Source: Octopus sinensis | Taxonomy: Eukaryota | DNA: 64,000 nt | Direction of reading: 5' to 3' | NCBI RefSeq assembly: GCF_006345805.1 | Contig: NC_043006.1 | Location: forward strand, 85,808,001 to 85,872,000 | In this document: piece after piece, positions 12,745 to 25,833 of the stretch | Layout: every line of letters starts with the position of its first letter | Numbering within the stretch: position 1 is the stretch's first letter | Notes under the pieces: generated by a model | The model's input: only the letters and a program-made list of their open reading frames with translations | Told to the model about the DNA's origin: nothing | The model's database searches: none | Translations under genes and position numbers: made by a program

Positions 12745-13989
12745 CATTTCAGTCATTTTTCATTATAGAAGTAGAACAGTTTTGTAAATTCACACATATA
12801 ATGAGGAGGACTATATTGTAGTTTGTATTCTGTTATTGGTGGCTAAAACATTGAGAGAGTGTGAGAGAGAAACGATTCTAAATAACTACTATTAAATAGT
12901 ACAGTGCACTGCTGTTAGTAGCAGCCACAAAGTAAGAAATAAATCAATGTTGTTGCATTAGGTCAAACTACTAAGTTTGACTGGTACTAAGAAAATGTAC
13001 CCTCCCTCAAACAGTTTGGAAACACAGCTGATAGAAATTATTATCATAGAAAGGTTATGGCAAGACTGCACACCACAAGAACGCAAAGGAAAATAAGAGA
13101 GAGAGAGAGAGAGAGGGAGAGGAGAGAAAACAGAACATAAGTACAGTTCGTTTATTCTTTTGTTGATTTCAGTTACTGGACTGCAGCCATGCTTGGACAC
13201 ACTGCCTTCAAGGAATTTTTTCGTCATTTTTAAGGACCCCCAGTATTTTGCTGGGTATGTATTTTAGCAATCTTTGTCAAATGGCTAATTTCAGTACAAA
13301 CTAAACTTCTTAACTACATGACTATGCCTCTGTCCAAGTAATATTCAAATGAATTTGCTGAGAGAACCTATTTTAGATATTAGAAATTGTCAAAAGTACA
13401 GCTGAATTTGTTAAAATACATTGAACTTGTTCATACTGGGTTAAGCCACATACACACGCACACAGTGTGCAGATGCCTTTTCTAAATTTCATTATCATCA
13501 AAATTATATGAAATATAAAAAAGAAATAAATAAGCAGTTGCACAAACCATCCTTGAGATTTTAATTTGAACAGAAGAGAATTTAATATATCTTTTAAAAA
13601 ATCCACCTCAATAATTTGCATTCAACACTGATGAGAATCAGGAAGACATAGGAAATTGAGAAAAATAATGTTTGTATGAGAGAAACAAAAATTGTAAAGC
13701 AATGAGAACATTTGCAGAAGTGCAAAGAGAGGACAACTAAGACTACGTCCTGATAAATGTTAGCCTGTCACAAAATTGCTTCAGCTGCTAGGAATGACTC
13801 ATGGACAAAAATGGAAGCACTCTACATTAGATAGCAACATAAACCAAAATAACTGTAATATAAAGCTCTAGTCACAGAGATAACTAGCGTATCAGGGAAG
13901 GCCAGTTAATGAGTGCATGTTACACCTACAGACAGACAAAAATATTGTACATATACACATTAAACAAATATAAACACACATAACAGAAG

Positions 13990-14086
13990 CATATGTGCGT
14001 GTGTAGACACACACACTCAGAGAAACACACACTCACACTCACAGAGAAGCATATACACACACACACACACACACACAGAGAGAAAA

Positions 14087-14123
<37 letters not shown>

Positions 14124-14320
14124 GAAACACACGCACACACAGAAACACACACACAAACACTCACACTCACAGAAACACACGCACGCACTCGCAAAGAAGC
14201 ACACACACAGAAACAAACACTCATACACACACTCACAGAGAAACACACACGCAGAGAAACACACGTGCTCACATAGAAACACGCTTACACAGAGACACAC
14301 ACACACACACACAGAGTAAC
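13990..14320. repeat. Complex (CA)n/(GA)n microsatellite
   Basis: Directly visible; explains the His/Thr and Cys/Val ORFs. Confidence 0.95.
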
Positions 14321-14329
14321 ACACTGTGG

Positions 14330-14670
14330 ACATGCTGGGGAACTGCCTGAAGGGGTTTAGTCAAATTGACAAAGCATATATTTTAAGTCTGGTACTTATT
14401 CTATACAACTCTTAAGAACCAAAACAACTAAATTACATGGATATAAACAAACGAACACTAGCTGTCGAGCAGTGGTGGGAAGCACATACATGAACACATA
14501 CATATAACAGGATTTCACACAGTTTCTATCTACCAAATATACTCATGAAGTATTAGTCAGCCCTAGGCTGTAGAAGACACTTGCCCAAGGTGCTACACAC
14601 TAGGACTGAATCCAAAATCATTCAGGTGCAAAGCAAGCTTCTTAACCACACAACATGCCTGCACCTGTAT
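14330..14670 (-). mobile_element. SINE type A (decayed)
   Basis: Similarity to 48862-49279. Confidence 0.8.
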
Positions 14671-14859
14671 GCAAAAGCTCATTACATACACGCACACAGT
14701 TGCACACAACTCGAAATATGTAAATTAAGGAGAGTCATGCTATGTACTACTGAAAGATAACCTCAGTTTTCTAGATAACAAGAACCAAGCCCATTTTCTC
14801 ACAAGTTGTAAATAGCTGGATAAAATGACCTATAAAGACTGAAGCGGGTCAGTTATTAA

Positions 14860-15370
14860 AGCACATCAATAACAGCCTTCTAGTATTGAAAAAAAATGTC
14901 AACAGACCATGTGAAATGTGCCACAGTCTGTGATGTTTGGCTTTCTTATACTTATTGGACCAGTCTTTCAAGTGTGGCTTTTCCAGCGATAGATAAGACC
15001 TCTCTCTTTGCAGCAAATTTGCTGAAAGCAACACTTAATATACTTCCAATGATGTGTTATGCACTCTTGGCTCTCTGCTTTTATAATATAGCAATGAAGC
15101 ATTCCTGTACAAAGATAACCACCCTCTTTTCCAGAACTCTTGAGATTTCCTGTCTTTTCCAGTGTTTTGAAAGTAGCACTAACTTCCAGCAAAAGTTAGT
15201 ATCTCAGCAAGGTGCCAAAATAACAAAATTTCTACATGACTATTCAATCCATTAGTTAGGAGCTGGTTGATATATTCCCAAGTCTTCCTGGAAGAAACCT
15301 TCCACTGAAGAAACCCCTCGAGGCAGTGCTCCAGAAGAACCACAGTCCAATAACTGAAGCAAAAAGAAAA
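14860..15370 (-). mobile_element. Decayed RTE LINE RT N-terminal fragment
   Basis: Minus-strand translation 'VLSIAGKATLERLV..V.ESQ....SVDIFF' resembles 'LLSIAGKILAR...ESQCGFR..RSTVDMIF'. Confidence 0.6.
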
Positions 15371-15435
15371 AGCTTCTGCATACAGGTGCAGGCATGTTGT
15401 GTGGTTAAGAAACTTGCTTTGCACCTGAATGATTT

Positions 15436-15905
15436 CAGGAGTGATACTTTCACACAGCTCTCCTCATCTGTATGCAGCATATGACCATACCAGCGCAGTC
15501 ATCTTTCTTGCACACCACATCTGATACTTCTTGTGTCCAACTTTTCTCTCGGGGTGCTTACACTGTCGTGTATGCACACTAACATTACACATCCAGCAGA
15601 GCATACTAGCTTCATTTCTTGCAAGTTTATGCATGTTTTCAGCAGTCATGGCCTATGTTTCACTGTCATGTAGCATGGCTGTTCGCACACATGCATCATA
15701 CAGTCTGCCTTTTACTCTGAGCGAGAAGCCCTTTGTTACCAGCAGAGGTATGAGCTCTCTGCCCAGGATATTCTTATTCTAGCAGCTACACTCTCAGATC
15801 ATCCACCCCCGCAACTGACTTGGTCACCTAGGTAACAGAAGCTATCAACATGCTCATTGAAGTTGCCAGCCACAAAGAGAGTCCCTGTCATTTGTCGATG
15901 AGGTA
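15436..15905 (-). mobile_element. RTE LINE C-terminal fragment (same family as 60030-62907)
   Basis: MTAENMHKLARNEASMLCWMCNVSVHTRQ matches the corresponding region of the long + strand copy. Confidence 0.9.
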
Positions 15906-16685
15906 GTCTGCAAGAGGGTGTCATAAAATCAGTCTTTCTGTTCATCAAGTAGCCCCGGTTGAGGAACATAGGCTGAGATAATGGTTGCTAACCCATGTTG
16001 CAGCACTAATCTTAAGTATTTTATCACAGACTGACTACCTCAATTACCTTAACCCATTTCTCCACAAGAGGTATACCCACGCCCCATCAGTGTTCCCTGC
16101 CCAGAAAATCTTATACCTATGTTCTTTGCCTGTGAGGAACCTAGCAGAATTTCCTATCTGCCTTACTTCTTGATTCAGCATAAATCTACGTTTCCATTCA
16201 AGCATCTCAACAATCTCACCAGACCTATATTATATCTATATATATGTATCAAATGAAATAAAAAACAGAACACAAAGGATGTTGCGGTACACATGTTTCG
16301 AGTTTTATAAAACAACTTATTCTTACATCAATGTATAATCAACATAACAGACAGTTTAAAGCCCTCTTCAGCCACATGCAATTGCTACACCAAAGACTTG
16401 CATCACATTATGAGAGGTTTGAGAAAGAACATTTGGTATTATTTATAATGGTAGGAAAACTGAGTATCACTGAGAAAATATGTTTGTAAATCTTCATAAT
16501 CAAATAGGTGTACAGGGTATTATTGGACTCCAAAAATCCGTCCATATATATATATATATATATGTGTGTGTGTATGTATGTATGTATGTATGTTTGAAAA
16601 CTAAATTATGACAATCACCTGTAATGAAAATCAAATGTTTCAACACACAAAACAAGAGTAATGATGAATTCTATTTATCTCTTAA

Positions 16686-17763
16686 CCCTTTCGATACCAA
16701 ACCGCCCGAAAAAAATTTTGGTTAATGTCACCAAACCGCCCAAAGCCGCCCGAATTTACCTATTCATATTTAAATGAGAATATCAGAGCAAATCTCTTTA
16801 GTACATTCGTGAAAACATGTATTATACTTCATAAACAGTTCAACTACAGTTTTGTACAAAAATCGAAGTGTAATTTTAATTCCGTGAATTTTGGGAGATT
16901 TTTTTCTGAAATTTGTTCCTATTGTGTTTTCAAAATTTGTAATTCTGACAAAAAATGGATACGAATTTCATTATATCAAGCAGCGAGTCAGAATTCGAAG
17001 GATTTTCTAGTGAAGACCTTCATAAATCTAACTCTATGACTGAAAAAAAAAAAGCACGTGGTATTTGATAATGAATCTGATGTTTCATTTTCCAAAAGTG
17101 AAAACAGTGAATCCGAGAGCTCCGACAGTGATAAAGAAAATGAATTGGCACCTGAATGGAGTGAAAATTTAAAAACTGTTTCTTTCGGTGATTTTTCTGA
17201 AGGAACTGGACCAAGCCACAGACTTTCCCAGAAGAGTAAAGCCTTAGACTATTTCTTTTTACTTTTTCGAATGAGCCTATTTGAAATCATTACGGCGGAA
17301 ACGAACCGTTACGCTAAATGTAAACAAAACGAAAGAAAGGATACTTTGTGGTTTCCCACAACCTTAAATGAAATTAAGGCTTATTTTGCCATAAATATTA
17401 TTATGGGTATCAGAAAGTTACCCAGAATAACAAATTCTATAGTAAAATTTTGTTGTATACCCAATTGAATATTAGCTAATAACCCATTTTCTATAGCGAT
17501 GTTTGAACAAAATTTTAATAATTTTATATTTTGTTGAATTTACCTGTATCTACCTGCTATTAGAGTCACTTTGTGACAAAAATTATAGTATAGAATTGGT
17601 TGAGAACATTTCATTAAATTATCTTCCAAAATTCACGTTAATATATTGATAAATAAAAAAGTTATAGTTGTTTAATGAAACCAGACTAAATTTATGATTA
17701 TGTTAGAAATTGATTGAAACACATAAGGGGTGTATTTTGGTCAGAAATATAGTAACGAAAGGG
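16686..17763 (+). mobile_element. Internally deleted piggyBac transposon
   Basis: TTAA target duplications at 16682-16685 and 17764-17767. TIRs CCCTTTCG(A/T)TAC. Sub-terminal accaaaccgcccg/a direct repeats. ORF 17058-17468 encodes an acidic N-terminus plus 'LDYFFLLF...IITAETNRYA...W.PTT..EIKAY.AI.IIMGI.KLP', typical of the piggyBac transposase N-terminal part. Catalytic core missing. Confidence 0.92.
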
Positions 17764-18589
17764 TTAACTAGGTTAAAGGCTGGCCTATTCAAAAGAAATT
17801 TATATATTTCATTGACAACTTCCAATACAATATTTCAAGAAGATGAATCATCATTAATTAATTATATTTGAATTTGAAAGTGATGCTTCAGATTTCATAA
17901 AAGTAAAACCAAGAAAAGCTTTCTCATTTACACAAATATTAAGATTTACACAAGATATCAATCAGTGCTGCTTGATATATAAGAATCTTATTACATAATC
18001 CAGGTTAATACCTCTGTTGAGATTATAGCTAATTAGTTAAGCTTTATCTTCAAACACTATAAGGTCAAGTGCAAAGTCACTCATTACACAAAAATTAATC
18101 ATGTTCTAATACTGCACTATCACCAGCAATAATTATAAAAGAAAAACCACAGCAAGCATCTTACTTTGATATTCTTTATAGCTCCAGAGCCACTAACTGG
18201 CTGAATTCATCATCATCTTTGTCCTCTCTTCCATCCTTGCACAAGTCAAACAATTTACAGATGCAGATTATCTACAACTACATATGTTTCCAAGTAAGAT
18301 AATATTTCTCCATTGCCAAATACATTTTACATGGAAGGTTGGAAACGAACATCATTTGTATGATGACGATGTTCGTTTACAATTATCATGTAAAGTCAAG
18401 ACAAGGGTACACACAAACATACATACATGTGACTATAATTTAATAGATAGAAACTGTATGGGAGCCTGTTTGCATATATGTGTGTACGTATGGATTTACC
18501 AGTGCCAATTGGTATAAATACCTTGACCAATTTATGTCCATAAAACAACACATCTGGCCTAACTTGATAAAATGAGAAAATATACAGGA

Positions 18590-19300
18590 AGCACTCCAGC
18601 AGAGTTGTTATCACCTTTTGAGATCTACTGTCCTTGGTCAAAATGGATCCTAGGTACTTGATGTCCACTTCCTCAGGTCTCTCTCCATTTAGCATGATGT
18701 TGGTTGTTACTATTAACCAGGATCATGCTCTTTTTCTAGGCTGATTGCCATTCCATATGCTCCTGATACTTTTTCCAGTTTGGGGAGGAGCTCGTGTAGT
18801 TCTGCTTCACTGCTTTCTAGTAGGTCAATATTATGAAGCTGAACAACATGTGAAAAAGCCATTATGTTAGCTTTCAAAGACTCAGAGTATACAAGACCCT
18901 GGTGACTTCAATCTTTCTGTATGGGTGCAAGAACTGGACTCTTACAGCAGACATTGAGCAAAGAATCCAGGTATTTGAAATGAGTGCTTCAGAAGGCGAT
19001 TACACATCCCATACACAGAGCACAAAATGAACAGCTTTGTCAGGCAGTATGTCAACAAATACGATGGTAGGCAAGAATCTTGCACAGGTAAAAAGTTTGC
19101 CTGGGATGGTTACATACACCGTCACAACTCCCTGCCCAAAACCATTCTTCAGGACAATTGAGTGAGAGCAAAAGAGAGACAGACAAAGAAAAGCCTGGCT
19201 TGGTACTATCAAGGACTGGACAGTAACAACACAGTGAACATGCTACACATGACAGAACAGAGGTAATGATTATGAAAGCATCAAGAATGGCAACCCAACC
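18590..19300. mobile_element. RTE LINE with inverted 5' segment
   Basis: Minus segment (~18835 to 18590) encodes NIDLLESSEAEL..LEK..GAYGM.IS.EK..MLNGE..EEVD.KYLGSILTKD. Plus segment from ~18836 encodes KLNNM*KS..SF..LRVYKTLVTSIFLYGCKNWTL..CFRR.L.IPYTEHK. Confidence 0.85.
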
Positions 19301-19427
19301 AGTGGCCTGGGGACAAAATTTGCTTAGGGGGTGAAAACCCAGGTCTAAATTTTTTTTTTTCTTTTTACAAAAAAATGAATTTTTTTCAATGTTAACATAA
19401 AAACAAATGTAGGTATAATAATTTTTA

Positions 19428-19870
19428 TGAGGGTTGGCTGAAATGTTCATAACCTGAGCAAGATACTCACATGGAATGTGACCAAATGAAGCTCATTTTT
19501 TAACATGGTTCCTCTTAATGTCCACACACTATTATCAGTAGTTGCAGTGCTTGGATCGCAAAGGTGAAGAAGCTATCCCATTGGTCAAAATAGTCATTAA
19601 CAGCAGATAAGATGTCATCATAATAATAAAATATTTCTGCTGAGCCAAGTGTCTTTTCATATTGGGAAACAGATGTTAATCAGATGGAACCAAATCAGTA
19701 ACATAGGGAGGGTGATCAACCAGTTCAAAGCCAGTCATGCACAACAACCATTGAAACCATGCTAATGAAACAAGACCCCATTCATCAGTTTTTCTGAGCA
19801 CTTGGTCTTGATAGCCTTTCGTAACTGCCTTATCAAGATGGCATTGAATTTTCCAATGATAGTGTGTTCA
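19428..19870. mobile_element. Non-autonomous/decayed mariner-like element
   Basis: Begins TA|TGAGGGTTGGCTGAAATGTTC, a mariner-type TIR; the remainder resembles mariner ends and transposase fragments. Confidence 0.55.
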
Positions 19871-20724
19871 TTTTGAAAATAATGCAAAAAATATTGTTTA
19901 TTGACTAGCATATAGTATATATAATAATGTGAAGTATATTTTGTATTTTAAAATGTTTAATTTTAGAAATATATCAAGCGAAGTAAAGATAAGCAGTAAA
20001 AATACAAATTGCAAGTATGTCAAAATGTGGGACACTACATGATGAAAACTAACAAAAAAAGAAAATAGTGGTGCTTGTGTCCAAAGGTACGATGAGAAGG
20101 ATCAGGGGAAGGATAGAAGGATGGGATTGAAGGAAAGATAGCAGGAAAGAAAAGAAAAGTGAAAAAATAAACTGAGGGTCTGAAGTGAATGCTAGGCAGG
20201 AGATAAAACAAAATGTCTTACATATACACAGGTCAAGTAGAAAAAAGGTGAGTGATAAAAAAATTGGATGGTCTTTTGGTACCAAAAAGTAAGGGAAGAG
20301 CAAGTACAAAGAAAGAACGAGTGCAGAGAAAAAAAGGGAATAAAGATAGACAGTAGGTAGTTGACAGAGATAGAAGAAATAGAATGTAGTAAAAAGAGAA
20401 AGGCAGCAGATAAGTAGGAAGGCAGATAGAAATAGATGAGTAAGGTTTTGTGCACGAGAATTTTTTTAAATGGATAGAAAAGAGAAAAATGTCGCACCAA
20501 ATATTGAACACTGTGTGGAGTACCACCAGTGAGTGAGAGCATAAGTGGGATGTGTGACATTACATTCATTAATAACCATAAAATGTTGTACAGAAAGTTG
20601 ACAAACACACAGAACACCTAGCATTGTAGGTGTTCTAAAACACACTATCATATTTAATGACAATTATAGTTTTCCTTTTTGGTAATACATTGCTAAATTG
20701 CTGCCTGATTTAATTATATTCTTT

Positions 20725-21110
20725 CACTCTTACTCTTTTATTTGCTTCAGCCAACTGGTTGTGGCCATGCTGGAGCACCGCCTTGAGGGGTTTTAGTCGA
20801 AGAAATCGATCCCAGGACTTATTCTTTGTAAACTTATTTATCCTATTGGTCTCTTGCCAAACTGCTAGGTTAAGGGTACCTAAATACAGCAGCATCAGTC
20901 AAGCGATGATGGGGAGATGAAGACAGACACACACAAATATATACATATGTATATAAGACCAGCTTCTTTCAGTTTCCATCCATTAAATCCACTCACTAGA
21001 CATTGGTCACCACAAGGCTATAGCAGAAGACACTTGCTGAAGGTGCCACGCAGTCGGACTAAGACCGTAACCATGTGGTTGGGAAAAAAGCTACTTACCA
21101 CACACACACA
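20725..21110 (-). mobile_element. SINE type A
   Basis: High similarity to 48862-49279. Confidence 0.9.
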
Positions 21111-21796
21111 CATATATGTATGCAGGACCTCGTTTGGCCCTACCTGAGATCTGAAACCACATTCACTGGCTTCAAGCAAGCAAGAAATCCTTTGTGTTTG
21201 CATCTACACACCAAATGATTAATTGGAAACACTTGACCCCCAAGGACCTTTACTGGTCATGGAAAGGTCAGTACTTTGTTTAGGATTTGACCTGCTTTCC
21301 TGGCCACAGATATATACCAGAGACTATTTCCCTTCTTGTCCTCTTTTGTGTCAGCCATGACCAGGAGCACCACTTCTCTTCATCCTTCAGTCACCATACA
21401 AAGAGAAGCTTTCGGCCAAAATCAAGAATGGACGATGCCACCTTTATCTTTTCTTCCTCTATTGTCAGCACAGTGCAATCTCTACCTGCAGAATGCAGCT
21501 TCCACGCCATCGACTACCAACTAGCAAGTGAACTTTTGTCATCATCAACTACAATTACTACTGTTACTAACTACTAACCACTTGCCAAGCAAATAAAAGA
21601 TGTGAATAATATTCCTTCCTTTTCAATGTCCTTCTTTGAAGTTCTTCACTGGTATCTCCGTTGCAAGAACCTCACATCAACAAGTGATTCTATATGTCGC
21701 ATTTTGAACGCTTCATATATATATTTAAATTTATATATTTCATGAACTGGCCATGATGCATACGTGCATATGTTTTTATGTTTCTCTTCTGTGTGT

Positions 21797-21855
21797 ATTC
21801 TACTGACGAGGCAAAGCATTACTAAATGCAAAGTCAGAAATCCGGGACCTAGAAT
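21797..21855 (+). ncRNA. Degenerate type I hammerhead ribozyme motif (Penelope pseudo-LTR-like)
   Basis: Stem I ATTCTA/TAGAAT. Core CTGACGA (21803-21809). Stem II GGC..GCATT-acta-AATGC..GTC. GAAA at 21837-21840. Near-palindromic stem III TCCGGGA. The cleavage triplet reads ACC, without the conserved U. Confidence 0.55.
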
Positions 21856-22003
21856 TATCCAGTAATTTTTTACTAGTTTCATCTTGTCTCTTTGTTTTCT
21901 CTCCGTGTTGATATATGGACAATTAAGGTGGGTTTTAGAGTCAGTTCATAGCTGCTATCTTCAGCATGGTGGTATCACGTAGATACCCTAATTTATAATT
22001 TTA

Positions 22004-22035
<32 letters not shown>

Positions 22036-23394
22036 TGTGTACACATACACAGTGAAACAGACAAACTGACTAAAAAAATTGGTGGGGTAGGGTGGCAGTG
22101 GCTACAGTGGCAGTAATATAAGATGTGTGTTTAGGCATTGGCTCATGTTGTATGAACTGTGTTTTGTCTCAGGTAAATAAGTGAAATTGCAGTTACTGCA
22201 TATGCATAGTCTCTTGCATTGAGAAAACTGGTATATTTTGGGGTAGCATGCATTTATAGATTTTACTTAATTTACAGTTAGCTGATTTATCAAGGAGTTG
22301 TGAAGTATACATTGAAATTCAGGTGGACTGAGGTGGGAAGAAAGGCGTGATGGTAGTAGTGGTTATGGTTGTAGCAGTAGAATATTATGGCAATTATGAT
22401 GGGTCAGTTGCAGTATTCAGAGAAAATGAAGAATGGACAGTGAAGGCCTTTTCTTTGTGCTAGTTTTGAAGAGTGGTCGTACTGCTGGTCATGCAGTTGT
22501 TGCTGCTGCTGCTATATACTTTTAATTTTGATGTTGACGATGCTTGTATATCTTTCTAGAGAATTCCTTTGGCAATTTTATGATCAGCTTCATCTGTTAA
22601 CATTTTGAACTTTTTTTTAATTTATTTATTATGTCCTTTGTTCTTGTTTTGTGAAGAAACCTAAAGTCAAGCAACATTTTACAGATCAATTTTTAGACAC
22701 GTTTCTAAACCTGGCTAAGTATGTAGGGGGTGGAAATTTAGATTTTACACCCACTAAACCTTTTAGGTGTTGCAAGTGCACCACCTGCATCCCCTGTTCC
22801 TGCGCCCTTGACCACAGTGACTGTCTACATTGATTAAGGGATCTTGATGATGAGGATTCCAGCAGAGCTACTAATTGAAACTAGTAAAAGAGTAATTCTA
22901 GACTCATTGAAAAATAGTCATGATAGCATGACTATTTTTGTTGGAGCAACTGTTACAGTCAGATAGATGCTTTTCCTTTTAATAACTTTTGTCTAAAAGG
23001 AATGGAACTTTTTTTTTTTTCATTTAAGCAGGAGAATAGAGAAAACAGTTAAAGCCTTCCTCCAAAACACAGTTTATATATTTAACTACAGGTTCATAAG
23101 TCCTGCACTTTAACTTCTGATTAATGAATGGCAAAATGGATGACTTATGAAATTATGGAAAAGAAAAACATGCACAATATATACACACATACACACAACT
23201 GATAAGTCTTAAAGTTAACTTATTCTTTAGTAAAATTCCTTTGCTTTTAAAATACAAAATAGAAATGTGGTTTAGCTAACAAAAATATGCTACATACAGG
23301 GATAACTGAGTGGGTTAAGATGATTGCTTTGCAACCACATGGTGTCTTCAACTACAACCCTGAGTTGACCATTACTTTCTAAATTGAAACTATG

Positions 23395-23745
23395 CAGAAT
23401 GTATATGGTGTGCGCATATAAACACCCACACACACACGTATACACACACGCATCCACGCACACATCCCAGCACATGCACATCCACATGCATGTGCATTCA
23501 CATGCGCACACAACCACACACGTGCACACACCCACAAAAGCATGCATATCCACGTATGCACACACATCCATATGCACATCCCAGCACATGTGCACATCCA
23601 CACACGTGTGCATTCACATGCAAACGTGTGCATGCATCCAAACGCGCACACACATTCACACCCACACATATATGTCCACACCAGCTGAAAATTAAATACT
23701 TTCAAAAATAAAAAAGTTATGCACACACACATACACACCTTTATG
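23395..23745. repeat. Degenerate (CA/TGCA)-type microsatellite tract
   Basis: Directly visible. Confidence 0.9.
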
Positions 23746-24573
23746 TATGCATAATGCTGTGTGTAACATTTGTTCTGTTGAGTTAAACAATCCTTTGTTA
23801 CTCTCACCATAAATGTAGTGAACAAGTGATTGGCCTGTTGGTAGTCTGTACAAACAAGACTACTGTTCACCAATCACAATATTATATAATGAATAGTTTG
23901 ACAGAAGTAAATTCGCTTTTGAACAATTGACAGACAAAATGTATATGAAAGGAAACAATATAAAGGCTATGAACAAAAATATTTTTTTCATCTTTTCCAC
24001 TAGGCAATGTAAGATTAAACAGGTCATCATAGATTTCTCTATATTTAGCTTGTTTCCTGTTCTTTTGTAGGCCTGGCTTGTCATCATTTTAACATCCACT
24101 TTCATGAGACTGATGCTGATTTTCTATAAACAAATCTCCCTCCTGTCACCAACTGACACCTGTTTCTGAGCAAGGTAATATTCTCTCATGGTCGAACATT
24201 AACACAGAATATTCTAAGTACATTGCTTTGTATGCAAGTGGCATTCGTTTCCAACTATTGTACAATGTCAAGAAGACATACATACACACACATTCACACG
24301 ACAGGCTTTTTTTCAGTTTCCATCTACCAAATCCACAAGGCTTAGTTCACCCCAGGGCCATAGAAGAAAGTTGCCGAAAGTGCCAAACCCGAAACTATGT
24401 GGTTGGTTGAAAAGCAAATTTCTCAATCACACAGGCCCCACCAGTACCTATTGATGCATATTAATGAGATGTTTAGGTGGAGTGTCTTAGTATCAAGTGA
24501 AACCACATAGTTATATAATCAAGGCCCATGAAATTATATCAGTAATTGTATATCATGCAGTTACTAAAGTTAC

Positions 24574-24656
24574 ATTTAGAAATGTTGCAGGAGCATCTGA
24601 CTGATTCCCACCACCCTGACCTCTCAATTTAGGTCCCACTTGTTTTAATGAAGCAT
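24574..24656 (-). CDS. Candidate internal exon (DASLKQVGPKLRGQGGGNQSDAPATFLN)
   Basis: Strong acceptor gtattttaattttgtag and donor AAT|gtaact. 83 nt, with only one frame open. G-rich compared with background. Confidence 0.45.
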
Positions 24657-25833
24657 CTACAAAATTAAAATACTCTATGAAATAACAGAGTCGAAGATTA
24701 TAATATCAGTGTCAATGAGACAATTCACTCGAATAGTGTTCTCCATAACCAATTACCTCACTAAATATATTTCTCCCCACTCTCTATGTATGTATGTATG
24801 ACAATTTCAATCTTACTACACAATATGTTCAAACATTATCATTTGCTGAGCAATGAAACTACAACGGTATAAATTACTTGTGTGCAGTTTTAAAAGATAT
24901 ACATTATTCAGTAACATTCATAATACAAAATGAAAAGTTGTGAAACTAAAGGCAATTCCTTACCATTTTCCTCTGTCAAACATTAAAGCATCTCTCAAGA
25001 TAACAAATATCATCCAAATAATGATTCAGATCAATACAGTATAAATATACATTATTTCTGTTGTATATTTTATATTATTTCTATTGGGACAGTTTGATGA
25101 TTAGTTGTAGTTGGTGTTAACATTTAATGTAGGCGAATAACAAGCATCCGTTTAAATAGTTTATGAAAAAATACTTTCATCGAAGACACTAGCTCAATAG
25201 AGGCAGACAGAAGACATATTTAAAAACAGTTACTTTTATTTTCCTTTTTTTAAAATCAGTGTTTGACTGAACTTTAAACAATGACCATGATAAAACATCT
25301 TAAAAGCTTCCCCATTTGCAAGATACTTTTGTACTTCAGACTTTTCATTTACAAGTTAATTATTCATAGACATGAGAATGCATGTGTATAGGTAATATAC
25401 AGATGCAAATATGTCACTAAGAGGTCTTTTAAAATAATTTCTATATTATGACTGTTATAAATGTTGGTTGAATGATTTATTCACTCACGTTTTACATCAT
25501 ATAGAGAGATAGTTAGCATAGGAGGTGCAGGATAAGTGCACATTCTAGACTTAGTGGCAAATGAGGAAATGCAGAGAGAGAGAGAGAGAAAGAGAGAGAG
25601 TGAGTGACCATAATATAAAATCAACATGGCAAATAATTCTGCTTCTAATTTTTCTTTAATATTGTTTCATTTATTCTTTTGAAAAGTAGTATTCATTTTA
25701 TCGTTTAGTATAAGCACAAAAGTTATAATTATTGTAAATAAGCATATTTCCTGATGTCACCCCTAGTCACAAAAATATACTTCCAAAGTTACCTATCATT
25801 TGACACTAATTTCAAGTGATATGGAATCTTTAA

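Noticed and set aside
13373-13621. 82-aa hydrophobic minus-strand ORF
   Set aside because: An in-frame stop lies between the nearest acceptor and the ORF, and T-rich DNA readily gives Phe/Leu/Ile ORFs
13926-14333. His/Thr- and Cys/Val-rich ORFs (also at 172-456, 23290-23873, 46105-46401, 48769-49364)
   Set aside because: Translations of CA/TA microsatellites
18165-18293. Exon-like segment with splice signals on both strands
   Set aside because: The minus-strand version has stops in all frames, and the plus-strand version is Ser-rich with no partner exon; probably chance
23895-24135. Coding-looking frame NDDKPGLQKNRKQAKYREIYDDLFNLTLPSGKDEK and the idea of stop recoding by RNA editing
   Set aside because: An in-frame TAA follows the only good acceptor. 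Recoding UAA would need two edits and nothing supports this, so a decayed relic is more parsimonious.
24071-24174. Plus-strand exon candidate with strong acceptor and donor
   Set aside because: Stops in all three frames; it could be non-coding but has no other support
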